Shown: piece by piece, positions 1-10,209 of the stretch | Layout of the letters: every line of letters starts with the position of its first letter | Position numbering within the stretch: the first letter of the stretch is position 1 | Notes under the pieces: model-generated | Told to the model about the DNA's origin: nothing | Databases searched by the model: none | Seen by the model: the letters and a program-made list of their open reading frames with translations, nothing else | Translations under genes and position numbers: made by a program | IMG/VR virus record: IMGVR_UViG_2912740531_000001 | Coordinates: 8,142-72,141 of that record | Length of the DNA: 64,000 nucleotides | Source: a virus | Taxonomy: Duplodnaviria > Caudoviricetes | Direction: 5' to 3' (one strand)

Positions 1-149
1 CTACCGACGCCGTACGAGGCATCCCGGATCAAATTGCTCTTCACATCCTGGCCGTGCTGCGCAGCCTTCCGTGCAGCCCACACGCGCAGGCCTCGGATCC
101 AACGCATCCATGGATGCGTTGGGGTGGGGGCATTGCTAGGCTTGCTCAC
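1..149 (-). CDS. Small hypothetical protein, runs off the left edge
   Basis: Purine-rich RBS (GAAGGGAACACC) then GTG at 149; reads VSKPSNAPTPTHPWMRWIRGLRVWAARKAAQHGQDVKSNLIRDASYGVG with no stop before position 1. Confidence 0.45.
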   Translation of the reverse strand, partial: MSKPSNAPTPTHPWMRWIRGLRVWAARKAAQHGQDVKSNLIRDASYGVG

Positions 150-830
150 GGTGTTCCCTTCACTTCCTTTCACTACCTGATTGGGTGGGGCATCACGCAG
201 AGAGCCCCCTGACGCTGGCCTGAGAAACTCGCGTTATGGCGGGGCTCCTGCTGTTTCAGCAGTGTAGTGAGCGGCGAAGCCAGCGTGGTCAGTCGGCGTA
301 ACACAACTACCCTCTGCGCTCCTGACTGTGACGTTGCGTCACCTTTTTCGCGTTGATTCGCGACGCAACACGGCGGAACGCAGCTCTCCATACTTCTGCT
401 GTGCGTCTCGTCACACTTGGCGGGGCCCTCCTCCTGTGGCGGGACGACGTACACCGTAGGGAGTCGGATCGGCCACCGCACAAAGCCGCCGCCACTCTCG
501 GCCACCAGCTACCTTTTCGCACGTCACAGCGGGGGAGTAGCGGCGAGTTTCATCTAGTTACCGCGAGGGAGCGAACTGAGGCCAACTAGAGCTAGGTAGG
601 GTCAACTGCGGTTTTCCAGAATGGCTGAATCGCGTAGGAAAGCCTCATAGTGAGACCCCGGGGGTGACCGTGAACACCTCGTCTGCGTCCCACTCGCCGA
701 GAACCTCGTCAAAGTGCCTGGATTCAGCATGTTTTCGCGGCGCCACGCGTACTCTGCCTCGCAGGCCTAGGCGTCGGGTCAGAAGACCGTTCGGGCGTCA
801 CAGAGCTGACCTGTCAATAGCGTCTCCTCG

Positions 831-1475
831 TCATCCGTCGACCACCTCGGCGTCGACGACGTCGCCGTTCTCGAGCTGTGGCGGGTACTCCACCGCGAAC
901 AGGCTGCGGTCTAGGCGCTCTGCGAGGGCGGCCAGGTCGACGACCTGTTCCTCGGGGCCGACGGGTACGTCGCCCAGGCCGTTGATCTCGACCGCGACGA
1001 CAGCGTCTTTGCCGTAGTGCTCGCGGTGCTGGCGCTCCAAATACCAGGCGTCGGCGCGCCAGTCGGGCGATGTGCGGTCCTCTACGGTCTCCTCGACGAT
1101 CTCGCCGGTCACGGAGTCGCGGAACCGGCGGGTGGTGACCTTGGTGACGATGCCGCCGTCGGCGACGCGGCGGATGTTCATCATGGCGCGCGCGGCCGCC
1201 GTGGCGCGGGCGGTGCGGACTTTCTCGTACAGGGCTGCGTACTCCTCCTCGTCGGGGTCCGGGTCTTCGCCTGCCTCGCGGGCTTCGACTTCGGCGCGTC
1301 CGCGGGCCATCCACGCCAGGAAGCTCGAGCGGGAGACCCCGGCCATCTCGGCGGCCAGCTCGACGGCCACGCCCGTGCGCGAGGCGCCGACGAGGCGCGC
1401 CTCGACCTCTTCGGAGAGCAGGCGTGGGCGACCGCTGCGGCTCTGCGGCCGGCGTGCCTTGCGTCGGGTGGACAT
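831..1475 (-). CDS. HTH protein, probable terminase small subunit
   Basis: GRPRLL then HTH (VELAAEMAGVSRSSFLAWMARG) and C-terminal DWRADAWYLER; start re-called at MSTRRK after GAGGAACACC; lies downstream of a ParB-like gene, a common phage arrangement. Confidence 0.6.
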   Translation of the reverse strand: MSTRRKARRPQSRSGRPRLLSEEVEARLVGASRTGVAVELAAEMAGVSRSSFLAWMARGRAEVEAREAGEDPDPDEEEYAALYEKVRTARATAAARAMMNIRRVADGGIVTKVTTRRFRDSVTGEIVEETVEDRTSPDWRADAWYLERQHREHYGKDAVVAVEINGLGDVPVGPEEQVVDLAALAERLDRSLFAVEYPPQLENGDVVDAEVVDG

Positions 1476-1495
1476 GGTGTTCCTCGGAGGGCGGG

Positions 1496-2134
1496 TCAGC
1501 GGCTGGAGGTGAACATGTGCCCGCACGCGGGGCACGTGGCGTGGGGAGCGCGGCCCTCGCCGTCGGGGCTGAGCTTGTCGCCGTCGCGTTCTCCGTCGTC
1601 GGGCAGGTGGAGCAGGGGCGTCTCGTCCTCGCGGCCGCCGCCGGGGAGGGTCTCGGGGTCGACCTGGCCGAGCATCTTGTCGATCTCTTCGTGCGGGATG
1701 GCTAGGGAGTCGAACAGCTCCGCCTCGTTGGTGGCTAGGTCCTCGAGGACCTCGGCGAGTTCGCGGGGGTCCCATCCGCCCTCGCCGGGCAGTCGGTTCA
1801 ACTTGATGGCCAGGGCCTCGGCTTCGGCATCGTTCTTCGATGACCAGCCGCGCAGGATGGGAACGAGCCAGCCGCCGTCCTCGTCGATGGCGATGCCGCT
1901 CGGCGCGCGCATGCCGCGGGACTGCATCTCGATCAGGGACTCACGGCGGCCGTGGCCGTGGAGGGTTTGCTGGGTGCGCTCGTCGACGACTGGTATCTCC
2001 ACTAGGCCGTGCATGTCGATCGACGCGATGATGAGCTCGAGTTCGTGCCGCTTCGGGTTACGGGCCGCCGGTGTCAGGTCGGTGAGCGGCACGTAGGCGA
2101 TGAAGCGCGGCGGCCTGGCGATCGTCTCGGTCAC
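1496..2134 (-). CDS. ParB/Srx N-terminal domain protein
   Basis: LTPAARNPKRH, SIDMHGLVEIPVVD, LHGHGRRE motifs; C-terminal CPACGH zinc knuckle; start re-called at GTG 2134 after GGGAGAGG. Confidence 0.75.
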   Translation of the reverse strand: MTETIARPPRFIAYVPLTDLTPAARNPKRHELELIIASIDMHGLVEIPVVDERTQQTLHGHGRRESLIEMQSRGMRAPSGIAIDEDGGWLVPILRGWSSKNDAEAEALAIKLNRLPGEGGWDPRELAEVLEDLATNEAELFDSLAIPHEEIDKMLGQVDPETLPGGGREDETPLLHLPDDGERDGDKLSPDGEGRAPHATCPACGHMFTSSR

Positions 2135-2368
2135 GGCTGGTGCGGTCCTCTCCCATGCGTCGGTGTCCGGCAGCGGGAGAGGGCTGCGAGCCCGCGGACT
2201 CCTACCGCGGCGCCCCGCCTCGCAAGCGGGGCATGCCGTCATGGCCGGCCCTCACCCGCCGCCGGGCCGGTTCCGCCCTCGTACCGGATGGGGCGGAGCC
2301 GGAGCTCGGCCGCGTTCGGTGACGTCGCCGAATGCTGCAGAGCCGCAAGGAAGGTAGGAGGGCGCGCT

Positions 2369-2380
2369 GTTAGCGTCGCG
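2369..2380 (-). promoter_or_regulatory. Phage promoter motif copy (CGCGACGCTAAC-N12-TACCTT)
   Basis: Matches the 13-copy consensus; upstream of the ParB/terminase-small operon. Confidence 0.65.
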
Positions 2381-2420
2381 TCCTCCACAAGGCGTTGCCC
2401 TGGGTGTACTATTCGGATCG

Positions 2421-2439
2421 GCTGGGAGAGCAACCCAGC
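2421..2439 (+). promoter_or_regulatory. Leader hairpin GCTGGG-AGAGCAA-CCCAGC
   Basis: Follows a TACTAT -10-like box; the same 13-nt core recurs at 7292-7304. Confidence 0.45.
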
Positions 2440-2563
2440 TACCTGGGCCTAGGTGTAACAAAAAGCGGCCGGCGGCGTACCTCAAAGCGACGCCCCGAGA
2501 CACCCCGCCCGGGAGGACCAAAACCCTGGGCCACGGCGTCCGGGGAAAGAGAGGAACACCCAG

Positions 2564-3166
2564 ATGTCGAACGACGTCGCCGACGGCACCCCGGTTGAGG
2601 AGCCGAAGGAGCTCCCCCTGCCGTCTCTTGCGCTGATTGGTGCGCTTGCCCGCGCCATGGAAGAGCATCAGGAGGTGGTCATCAAGCCGCGGAAGGACGC
2701 GCCGAAGGTGCCTCTGGTCGAGGGCTTCTTGAAGGAGAGGCGCAAGGACCTCGTCGTGGATGTCGATGGCGTAGAGGTCGGGTACTACAAGGTCTCCACC
2801 ACCAGGGACCGGTTCGAGGTGGCCGACCGGTCCGCGTTCGACGCCTACGCAGAGGGCAAGGGCGAGATCGACATCGTCATCACCGCGAAGCCTGCGTTCG
2901 AGAAGGCGGCGCTCAAGCACGCCACTGTCAGCCAGGAGACCGGCACCGTCTTCGACCGGCGGACCGGTGAGGAAATCCCCGGCGTCAAGTTCGTCCCGGG
3001 CGGGCAGCCCACTGGCAATGTCACCTGGACATGGAAGAAGCGCAATGGGGAGCCGGTCGGTAAGGACGTACTGCTGAGGGCTTACCGGGGCGGTCGACTC
3101 GACGAACTGCTGAAGGAGACGCCGGAGTTGCTGCCCACGAGGCAGCCCGGCGCGAGCGACGAGTGA
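2564..3166 (+). CDS. Hypothetical phage protein
   Basis: 200-aa ORF with RBS GAGAGGAACACCCAG and host-like codon usage; first gene of the replication operon. Confidence 0.75.
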   Translation: MSNDVADGTPVEEPKELPLPSLALIGALARAMEEHQEVVIKPRKDAPKVPLVEGFLKERRKDLVVDVDGVEVGYYKVSTTRDRFEVADRSAFDAYAEGKGEIDIVITAKPAFEKAALKHATVSQETGTVFDRRTGEEIPGVKFVPGGQPTGNVTWTWKKRNGEPVGKDVLLRAYRGGRLDELLKETPELLPTRQPGASDE

Positions 3167-3225
3167 CGACGGCCGCTTGGGTCCGGCCTCCTGCGGCCGG
3201 GCCCCTCTCCCCAGGAACCCAGACC

Positions 3226-3507
3226 ATGACCACGACTGCGACCGACCGGAGTCGGAACTTCTCCGACCGAGCGCACCGCATTCTTTTCGAGCTCGCCATG
3301 CATCCCGACGGCGAGTGGGTCGGCGTGACGTCCATCTACACCAGTCTCGGGCTGAACTCTCACGAGGTTCGCGGCGCCCTCACCGAACTGCGCAACGCGG
3401 GCATGGCCGAGAGGAAACGGCGCTACGTGCGCGACGAAAAGACCGGCCGCCGGACACACCGCACCTACTTCCGCCTGACCGACACCACCAGCGAGGCATC
3501 CGCATGA
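3226..3507 (+). CDS. Winged-helix DNA-binding protein
   Basis: IYTSLGLNSHEVRGALTELRNAGMAER wHTH pattern; ATGA overlap with next gene. Confidence 0.65.
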   Translation: MTTTATDRSRNFSDRAHRILFELAMHPDGEWVGVTSIYTSLGLNSHEVRGALTELRNAGMAERKRRYVRDEKTGRRTHRTYFRLTDTTSEASA

Positions 3508-4556
3508 CCAGCCGCCTAGCGAGCCCCACGGCGGTCCGTCACAACCGGCGTCGCCCCTACTACGTCCACGTAGAGTCGACGACCGTCCGCAACACGCGCC
3601 TCAGCTACCGGGCGCTCGGGCTGTTGACCTATCTCCTCGATCAGAAGGAGGGGTGGCAGGTTCGGTCCGACCAACTCTCCAAAGGAGAGGGCCGCGAGGG
3701 ACGTGAAGCCATACGGACCACGCTGCGCCTGCTCGCGGCTGAAGGCCACTACCGCCTCGAGCGGCGCCGACTGCGCAACGGCAAGGTAGTCATGGGCACG
3801 GCGGTGTCGGAGTATCCCGTGGAACAGTGGATCAAGGATCACGAGATTTTCAGCACCCAGAAGGATCCGGCCGTCCCCGTCGTCGAGCAGGAGGACGGCA
3901 CGTTCTTCGTCGAGTACCCCGACGGCACCCTCGGCAGTGACGGGTTCGAGATCGACCCGTACGACGACGCGGAACCCCCCGCCGACCCGGAACCTGAGCC
4001 GGGTAAGGGCTTGGCTGAAGAGGAGCCACCCGCCGAGGAGCAGCAGCCCGCCACACCGCCGAAGAACGCCACCCGTACGCGACGCCCTCGCCGAACTCCA
4101 GCACAGAAGGCCGCCGATGACGCGAAGAAGGAGGCTGCAGCCAACCAGAAGGCCGAGGAGAAGGCTGCCCTGGACGCGGCCGCTGAGGAAGTCGCCAAGT
4201 GGTGGTGGGACGACGCCGAGAAGCACCTCGGCCCATTCGTCGGCAAGACGAACGGCTACGTCGCCATGCGCGGCATGGTGAAAAAGGCGCTGGAGAAGGG
4301 CTACACCAAGCGGCAGTGCGCGGACGCCCTCCGGCACGCACGCAAACACCTACCAAGCGCGCAGCAGTGGCAGAACGCCCTTGGGGTCATCACCAACCGC
4401 ATTGTTCCGAACCAGTCCAACGGGCGGGCCCCGTACAGCGACTCGGCGACCTGGGGCTACCAGGGCGACGATCCGCCAAGCACGCCCGTCGGCACCACCA
4501 GCACCCCGGCAGACGACCTTGACGACGCCACCTTCGGCGTCCTCGCACGACCGTAA
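3504..4556 (+). CDS. Phage replication initiator (HTH, O-like)
   Basis: RLSYRALGLLTYLL and REAIRTTLRLLAAEGHY typical of phage initiator HTH; directly upstream of a DnaC-like ATPase; start re-called at ATG 3504. Confidence 0.7.
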   Translation: MTSRLASPTAVRHNRRRPYYVHVESTTVRNTRLSYRALGLLTYLLDQKEGWQVRSDQLSKGEGREGREAIRTTLRLLAAEGHYRLERRRLRNGKVVMGTAVSEYPVEQWIKDHEIFSTQKDPAVPVVEQEDGTFFVEYPDGTLGSDGFEIDPYDDAEPPADPEPEPGKGLAEEEPPAEEQQPATPPKNATRTRRPRRTPAQKAADDAKKEAAANQKAEEKAALDAAAEEVAKWWWDDAEKHLGPFVGKTNGYVAMRGMVKKALEKGYTKRQCADALRHARKHLPSAQQWQNALGVITNRIVPNQSNGRAPYSDSATWGYQGDDPPSTPVGTTSTPADDLDDATFGVLARP

Positions 4557-4567
4557 GGAGCGCCACG

Positions 4568-5386
4568 ATGTCGGTCACCACGGACACCCGAGCCCCCGCT
4601 CCGGCGCGCGGCCTGAACGCCCTTGGAGATTTGAGCGCTCATCTCCTCGGTGTCCTCGAGCGCGGCGGCGCCGACATGTCCCAACTCGGCGTGCCCGCCC
4701 AGCCCGAGCCGGAGGACGGCCTCTGGGAAGACGTGGCCGTACCGCAGGCCCGCGCGCGGCGGAACATATGGCGGAACAGCATCCTCGATGCCTCGCACGA
4801 CGAGTACCTGTCGTTTCGGCTCGACCACCTGGACGAGAACCAGAAGCCGAACACGCTTCGGAAGTGGCTCAAGTCGCTGGTGGAGGCTAAGAAGCTCGGT
4901 GCGCGGCCGTCGCACCTCAACCTGATCATGACGGGCAACATCGGCAGTGGGAAGACAGCCGGGGCAATAACGATCGGCAACGAGGCAGCGGAGCGGGGCC
5001 TGTGGACCCTGTTCGTCAAGCATGCCACCTACCTGACTTGGCGGCGCCCGGACTCTGCACCACGCAACTTGAAGGCATGGGAGGTGCGCAAGCAGTTCGT
5101 GGAATGCGACCTGCTCATCCTCGACGAGCTTTGTGGCGAGATGGACATGACTGCCACCGAGTTCGCTCGCAGGGAGACCATCGACCTGATCGAATCCCGG
5201 ATCGCGTCCGGTCGGCCCACGGCGTACACCACGAACCTGCGCAGCCGCAGGCAGCCGGGCAGTCAGGGCATGGGCGTGGTGGACATCCTGGGGGAGCGGC
5301 TGCTTTCCCGGCTCGAGTCCTCCGCCCACCTGGTGAAGGTCGTGGGCCCGGACAGGCGGAAGCCGGCGAAGCCGCTCGACTGGTGA
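4568..5386 (+). CDS. DnaC/IstB-like helicase loader ATPase
   Basis: Walker A GNIGSGKT, Walker B DLLILDEL, PTAYTTNL, GERLLSRL, GPDRR. Confidence 0.9.
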   Translation: MSVTTDTRAPAPARGLNALGDLSAHLLGVLERGGADMSQLGVPAQPEPEDGLWEDVAVPQARARRNIWRNSILDASHDEYLSFRLDHLDENQKPNTLRKWLKSLVEAKKLGARPSHLNLIMTGNIGSGKTAGAITIGNEAAERGLWTLFVKHATYLTWRRPDSAPRNLKAWEVRKQFVECDLLILDELCGEMDMTATEFARRETIDLIESRIASGRPTAYTTNLRSRRQPGSQGMGVVDILGERLLSRLESSAHLVKVVGPDRRKPAKPLDW

Positions 5387-5540
5387 CCACCGGAGCGAAT
5401 AGGCCTATGTGTCCTGGAAACTGACGAGGTGGGAGTTGCAGACGCAGGCGCAAGAGGCGAAAGACGCTATATCGTTTAGTCGATCCGGAAGGCTATGAGC
5501 ATACGCCGACCGGGGAGACCCGAACGAGAGGAAAGGTGTC

Positions 5541-6719
5541 TTGAAACGTCTGTCCGCCCGCTCAGACACGGATGAGGAGCCAAAAGCTCTCGATGACTCC
5601 GATGTACCGCCCCTCAGTGGCCGGGAGCGCTTTGGTGCTGGGCTGACCGCCCTGGGCGGGGCCGCCGTCGGAGGCCTCGGTTTCTATGCATCGTTCGACG
5701 CTGTGTCCAAGGCGGCCGCGTCCTGGGGCTTCACCGAACCGTGGGTCCTGCCCACCGCCATCGACTCAGCCATCCCCGTCTTCACCGGGGCGTATCTCTT
5801 TCTCATCCGTATGGACATGCCGCTGTGGTGGGCGCGGCTCGTTCCCTGGGCCCTGAGCCTGGTCACCTGCGCGCTGAACGTCGCCTCCGGCGACTCCCTG
5901 TGGTCCAAGGTCGCCCACGGGGCCATGTCCCTGCTCTGGGTCGCCGTCTCCGAGATCGCCGCGCACACATACGCCGTCCGCATCGGCGCGGCCACCGGCC
6001 GCCGCCGGATGGACAAGGTGCGGCGGTCCCGTTGGTTTCTCGACCCTGTGGCCACCTTCCTGCTCTGGCGCCGCATGCAGTTGTGGGAGCTGTCGTCGTA
6101 CGACAAGGCCCTCGAGCTCGAGCAGGAACGGCTCGAGTACCGGGCGCTGCTGCGTAGCAAGTTCGGTCGGGCCTGGCGCAGGAAGGCGCCCGTCGAATCG
6201 CTGCTTCCGCTGCAGCTCGTCCGCCACGGCCGCCCACTCAGGGAGACAGCCGCCGCCGGCCTGCTCGCAGCGGGCATCGAGCCCACAGGCATCTTCGCCT
6301 CAGCACCTGAGCCGCCCGTGCTTCCGGCCCCGGCCCTTCCGGTTCCGGGGGTGCCCGTCGTGCCCGCCCCGGCCAAGCCCCCGACTCCGTCCGTTCTGCC
6401 AGCCGTCAAAAAGCCCCGCCCCGTCGCGGTCACCGCGCCTGCGCAGCAGGGCGGCATCCCGCAGTGGAGTACCGAAGGTGAGCTGTACGAGATCATCAAG
6501 GACGTCATCGACAACGGCCGCCGGGACGTGTTCAACGGACCGCTGACCGGCAGGGCGATCGGCCTGGTGCTCGGCAAGCACGAGGGCGAGGGGCGTAAGG
6601 TCCGTAGCCGCCTCATCAAGACCTATGCGGCGACGAAGGGCATCAGCATCCCGGACAAGGCCACCATGAACCAGGTCTTCGCCTTGTTTGGCCAAGCGCT
6701 GACGCCAGCCAACCCGTAG
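5541..6719 (+). CDS. DUF2637-like membrane protein of actinomycete plasmids and integrative elements
   Basis: Four hydrophobic segments, ASFDAV and LPTAID, FLLWRRMQLWELSSY, Pro-rich linker, C-terminal HTH-like region. Confidence 0.7.
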   Translation: MKRLSARSDTDEEPKALDDSDVPPLSGRERFGAGLTALGGAAVGGLGFYASFDAVSKAAASWGFTEPWVLPTAIDSAIPVFTGAYLFLIRMDMPLWWARLVPWALSLVTCALNVASGDSLWSKVAHGAMSLLWVAVSEIAAHTYAVRIGAATGRRRMDKVRRSRWFLDPVATFLLWRRMQLWELSSYDKALELEQERLEYRALLRSKFGRAWRRKAPVESLLPLQLVRHGRPLRETAAAGLLAAGIEPTGIFASAPEPPVLPAPALPVPGVPVVPAPAKPPTPSVLPAVKKPRPVAVTAPAQQGGIPQWSTEGELYEIIKDVIDNGRRDVFNGPLTGRAIGLVLGKHEGEGRKVRSRLIKTYAATKGISIPDKATMNQVFALFGQALTPANP

Positions 6720-6745
6720 GGCATCCTGCCCCTACCCGTACCGAA

Positions 6746-6777
6746 GCGGCGGGCTCCCCACCTGGGGTGCCCGCCGC
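6746..6777. terminator. GC-rich hairpin after the DUF2637 gene
   Basis: GCGGCGGGC-T-CCCCA-CC-TGGGG-T-GCCCGCCGC. Confidence 0.55.
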
Positions 6778-6799
6778 CTGCATGATCGGACCCTTCCAC

Positions 6800-7213
6800 A
6801 TGACACCGGAGATCCTGGCCCGGGTCGCTTCCGCTCGAGCGGCCCGTGACCTGTCCGACCTCGCCCGGCAGGCTGTCGCGACGACCGCACAGACCGCCAG
6901 CCCGACGGAGCGCATCCGAGAGGCCCGCCGACTACGGGAGTTGGCCAACCAGGTTGTCGAACTGGTCGTGCTCGCCGAGGCCCTGGGCGGTGCGTCCTGG
7001 GAGGAGATCACGGATGCACTCGGCCGGCGGGAGCCGGGCACCGTGGAGCGGGAGTTCGCCGAGGACGTCGCCGAGTGGGGCGCCAAGACCGAGGAAGAGT
7101 TGGAGTGCGCGGCCGAGGGGCACGACGCCATTGACGAGTGGTACGCCCGGCATCGGGAGGACCAGGACCCGGAGCGCCCAGCTCCTGTTGCGGATCTTCT
7201 CAACAGGCATTGA
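6800..7213 (+). CDS. Hypothetical protein (possible HTH)
   Basis: GASWEEITDALG pattern; host-like codon usage; start re-called at ATG 6800. Confidence 0.6.
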   Translation: MTPEILARVASARAARDLSDLARQAVATTAQTASPTERIREARRLRELANQVVELVVLAEALGGASWEEITDALGRREPGTVEREFAEDVAEWGAKTEEELECAAEGHDAIDEWYARHREDQDPERPAPVADLLNRH

Positions 7214-7237
7214 GCTACCCGACCAGGCGGGTAGAAT
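7210..7237 (+). promoter_or_regulatory. Housekeeping-type promoter candidate TTGAGC-N16-TAGAAT
   Basis: Near-consensus -10 upstream of the AAA gene; overlaps a CTACCCG/CGGGTAG hairpin. Confidence 0.45.
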
Positions 7238-7333
7238 AGTAAGCCGATGTCAACGGCGAGAGGTTAAGCCCTCCACCGTTGCATCCTCCGCGGGAGAGCA
7301 ACCCGGGGAACCACGAAGTGAGGGAACACCCAG

Positions 7334-9022
7334 ATGCCTGGTATCACCGCGCCTCAACGGCCGCGTACATCCCGGAAGCCGACCGGGCTGCCGAACCCGC
7401 CGATGATCCTCCTTGCGGGGGCTGAGAAGACCGGCAAGAGCCGTCTTGCTGCTGAGGGCACCGCCTCCGAGTTGCTCGGTATGACCTTGTGGATCGAGAT
7501 CGGGGGCTCGGAGGGAACCGCCGACTACTACGGCCGACTCCCCGGGGCCAACTACGAGATCGTCAACCACGATGGCAGCTACCAGGACATCCTCGACGCC
7601 GTCCGTTGGGCCGTCGCCCAGCCGCCCGCCGTCGAGGGCAAGCGGAACATGATCGTGCTGGACAACTTCACGAACCTGTGGGACATGCTCAGCGACGAGC
7701 AGGCCCTTTACGCCCGGTGGAGGGCGGAGAAGAAGGCGAACGAGCAGCGCCGCCGCGGCCCCAACCCCGACCTCCCCGTCACCGTGGACCCCGACCTGTG
7801 GAACCGGGCGAAGGACCGGTGGGGCGAGATCCTGTGGCATCTGCGGCGGCACTCCGGCCCCGTGATCCTCATAGCCCGCCAGGAACTCGTCACCGCGTTC
7901 GAGAACGACAAGCCCACCCGGGACAAGACCCGCAAGACCAAGGCGGAGAAGAACCTCCCGGCCGCGGTCGACGCCATCGTTGAGCTCCACGCCCTGGGGG
8001 AGGCGTACCTGACTGGCGTCCGTACGCTGCACTGGGATGTCATGCCCGGCCAGAGCGAGCGGTTCGAGGATTTCAGCATCGACGCCCTGCTACGCCGCAT
8101 GGGCTTCCAGGAGGCCGCCGCCGCTCGCCAGGTCACCGAGGCCCGGCCGGAGGCGTACCTGGACGAGCAGCAGAGGCAGCGCCCCCAGCAGAACCAGCAG
8201 CAGAGGCAGCGTCCCCCGCAGCAGAGGCAGGCTCCTGCCCAGCGGGGCGAGCGGCCGAAGCTGACCGGCGACCAGGCTGTCGAGCTGATTCGAAGGGCGC
8301 TCGCCGACGAGAGCAACCCGGAGGCCGAGCTGCAGGGCGTCCGGGAGACGTGGGGCATCGTCACCCTGCAGCAGATCCCAACCCGCACGCAGCAGTGGGG
8401 CGAGATGAGCGCGGACGACCTGATCACCCGCTCCCTCGCGTACGCCAAGGGTCGCGCCGAGTGGAAGCGGCAGCAGAGTGCCGATGGGCAGGCGGAGCAG
8501 ACCTCGGCCCCGGCGGCGCCCCCGCCTGGCGCGGCCGCGGCGGACGGGGCCCGGGAGCACCAGGTCCACGAGGAGTCGGAGCCGCCGGCCGACGACGACG
8601 CGCCCCCGCCGCCGGACCCGCAGGCAGAGGAGCCGCCGCTGGACGAGTCCCCGGAGGACACCAGCGCGGCCGAGGAGCCCCAGGACGTTCCCGCCGCCCG
8701 GCCTCCGGCTGTACCCCGCGCGCCCCGCAGGCCCCGGAACGAGGCCATCGCGCTCCGGGCGCTGAACGCCGAGGCGGACGTCCAGGCCCGGATCAAGATG
8801 ATGACTGTGGGTGAACACCTCGAGCCGATCTCCGAGGCGGGCGACCCGCCCATGACCGTGCTCCGGGACTACCTCCAACAGCACCGGCCCGCGATCATCG
8901 CTCAGCTCGAGCAAGAGGGACACACGGAGCTCGCCGCCTACTACCGGAACGCCCCGACCGTCGACCCACAAATTCAGGAGAAGTTCGCCCCGTACTTCGC
9001 GGGCGCGCCCGCCGGGCAGTGA
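7334..9022 (+). CDS. AAA_24/Sak4-like recombination ATPase with long low-complexity C-terminus
   Basis: Walker A GAEKTGKS, Walker B IVLDNFTNLW, VILIARQ; Gln-rich and Pro/Glu-rich tail. Confidence 0.75.
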   Translation: MPGITAPQRPRTSRKPTGLPNPPMILLAGAEKTGKSRLAAEGTASELLGMTLWIEIGGSEGTADYYGRLPGANYEIVNHDGSYQDILDAVRWAVAQPPAVEGKRNMIVLDNFTNLWDMLSDEQALYARWRAEKKANEQRRRGPNPDLPVTVDPDLWNRAKDRWGEILWHLRRHSGPVILIARQELVTAFENDKPTRDKTRKTKAEKNLPAAVDAIVELHALGEAYLTGVRTLHWDVMPGQSERFEDFSIDALLRRMGFQEAAAARQVTEARPEAYLDEQQRQRPQQNQQQRQRPPQQRQAPAQRGERPKLTGDQAVELIRRALADESNPEAELQGVRETWGIVTLQQIPTRTQQWGEMSADDLITRSLAYAKGRAEWKRQQSADGQAEQTSAPAAPPPGAAAADGAREHQVHEESEPPADDDAPPPPDPQAEEPPLDESPEDTSAAEEPQDVPAARPPAVPRAPRRPRNEAIALRALNAEADVQARIKMMTVGEHLEPISEAGDPPMTVLRDYLQQHRPAIIAQLEQEGHTELAAYYRNAPTVDPQIQEKFAPYFAGAPAGQ

Positions 9023-9355
9023 GGTGACGTGAGGTGACGCGCGCCCGACCTCCTTCGGGCGCGCCTCCCCGGCGTGCTTCCCCCTCCCACTCTCATCACC
9101 TCACCAGGGCGCGCCCGTGCTGCTCGCGCGCGCCCAGATCGTCCGCGCGCCGTTCCGCCCCTGCATCGCTTGTGTGCGCTCGGTCATTGACCGGGATGCC
9201 ATACGGTCCGCGGGTGTTACGCCTTCTCCGTCCACCCCAGGAAAACCGTGCGACGGTGAGGCCGGGAGCGCAGGATCATGTTGTTCGAAGGGTCGTCCGA
9301 ACCATCGAGACCCACGCCCCGACCAGGGCACGGCACGGCACGAAGGAACCTGATC

Positions 9356-10209
9356 ATGCGTCTGATCTTCATCGACGACAGCCGGCAGAGGAACTGCCCC
9401 CGCAAGGGCCTGGGAGACCTCGTCGCCCTCGGCGCCGTCAGCGTCCCCGAGAAGGCGATCTCGCCGTTCGCCGAGTCCCTGCAGGAGATCAGGAACAATC
9501 TCGGCATCCCCGACGACGAGGAGCTCAAGTGGAAGCCGGCGAAGGGGAGCTTCCTGGCGACCGCCGGGCGCGAACTCGTCACCCAGCTCCGCCGGCGCAT
9601 GCTCCAGGCTGCGATTGATCACGAGATCCGGTCGATGGTGGTCATCCTGGACCACTCCGCGGCCTACACCGGACGCACGCTGGCCCAGGTCGGCCAGGAG
9701 ATCCTCAAGTGGCTCTACGAGCGCATCACCATGCACCTGGGCGATAACGGGGAGATCGGCATCGTGATCGCGGACAAGCCTGGCGGCGGGCCAGCACAGG
9801 AGGGCAAGTGGCTCGCGGAAACACTCAAACTGACGAACGGCGGCACCGAGTACGTCAAGCCGGACAAGGTCGTACTGCCCATCGTCACGGCCCCAGCCAC
9901 CACATTCCGCACCTGCAGCTTGCCGACCTCGTCGTCGCGGCGTCCACCGCGGCCGTCGCCGGCATCCCGGCCGGACTCGCCCTCAAGGACCTGCTCTATC
10001 CGCTCGCCCACCAGCACGGGCTCGGAGCCATCAACGGCGCCGGCGTCGTCATCTTCCCGGACCACCCCAACCTCTACTACTGGGCGTTCGGGGAGACGCT
10101 CTACGCGAGGCCGTCCTACATGATGGGCTACGACCTCCCGCGTCCCGAGAGCACGTACTTCGAGGACGACGGCCTTCAGGGCGAGACACCGGCCCCGTCG
10201 CCGGAGTGA
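9356..10209 (+). pseudogene. DUF3800-family protein with a 1-bp frameshift near 9891-9894
   Basis: N-terminal IFIDDS in one frame, C-terminal HLQLADLVV in another; adding one C to GGCCCCAGC joins them as VTAPSHHIPHLQLAD. Confidence 0.75.

Noticed and set aside
173-1017. ORFs 173-505, 307-522, 353-589 and 664-1017
   Set aside because: Atypical codon usage, mutually overlapping, no recognisable motif
4568-5386. IS21 istB interpretation
   Set aside because: No IstA transposase or terminal repeats; the upstream gene is a phage initiator
8161-8232. CAGCAGAGGCAG tandem repeats
   Set aside because: Encode a Gln-rich linker in the AAA protein; not a CRISPR array
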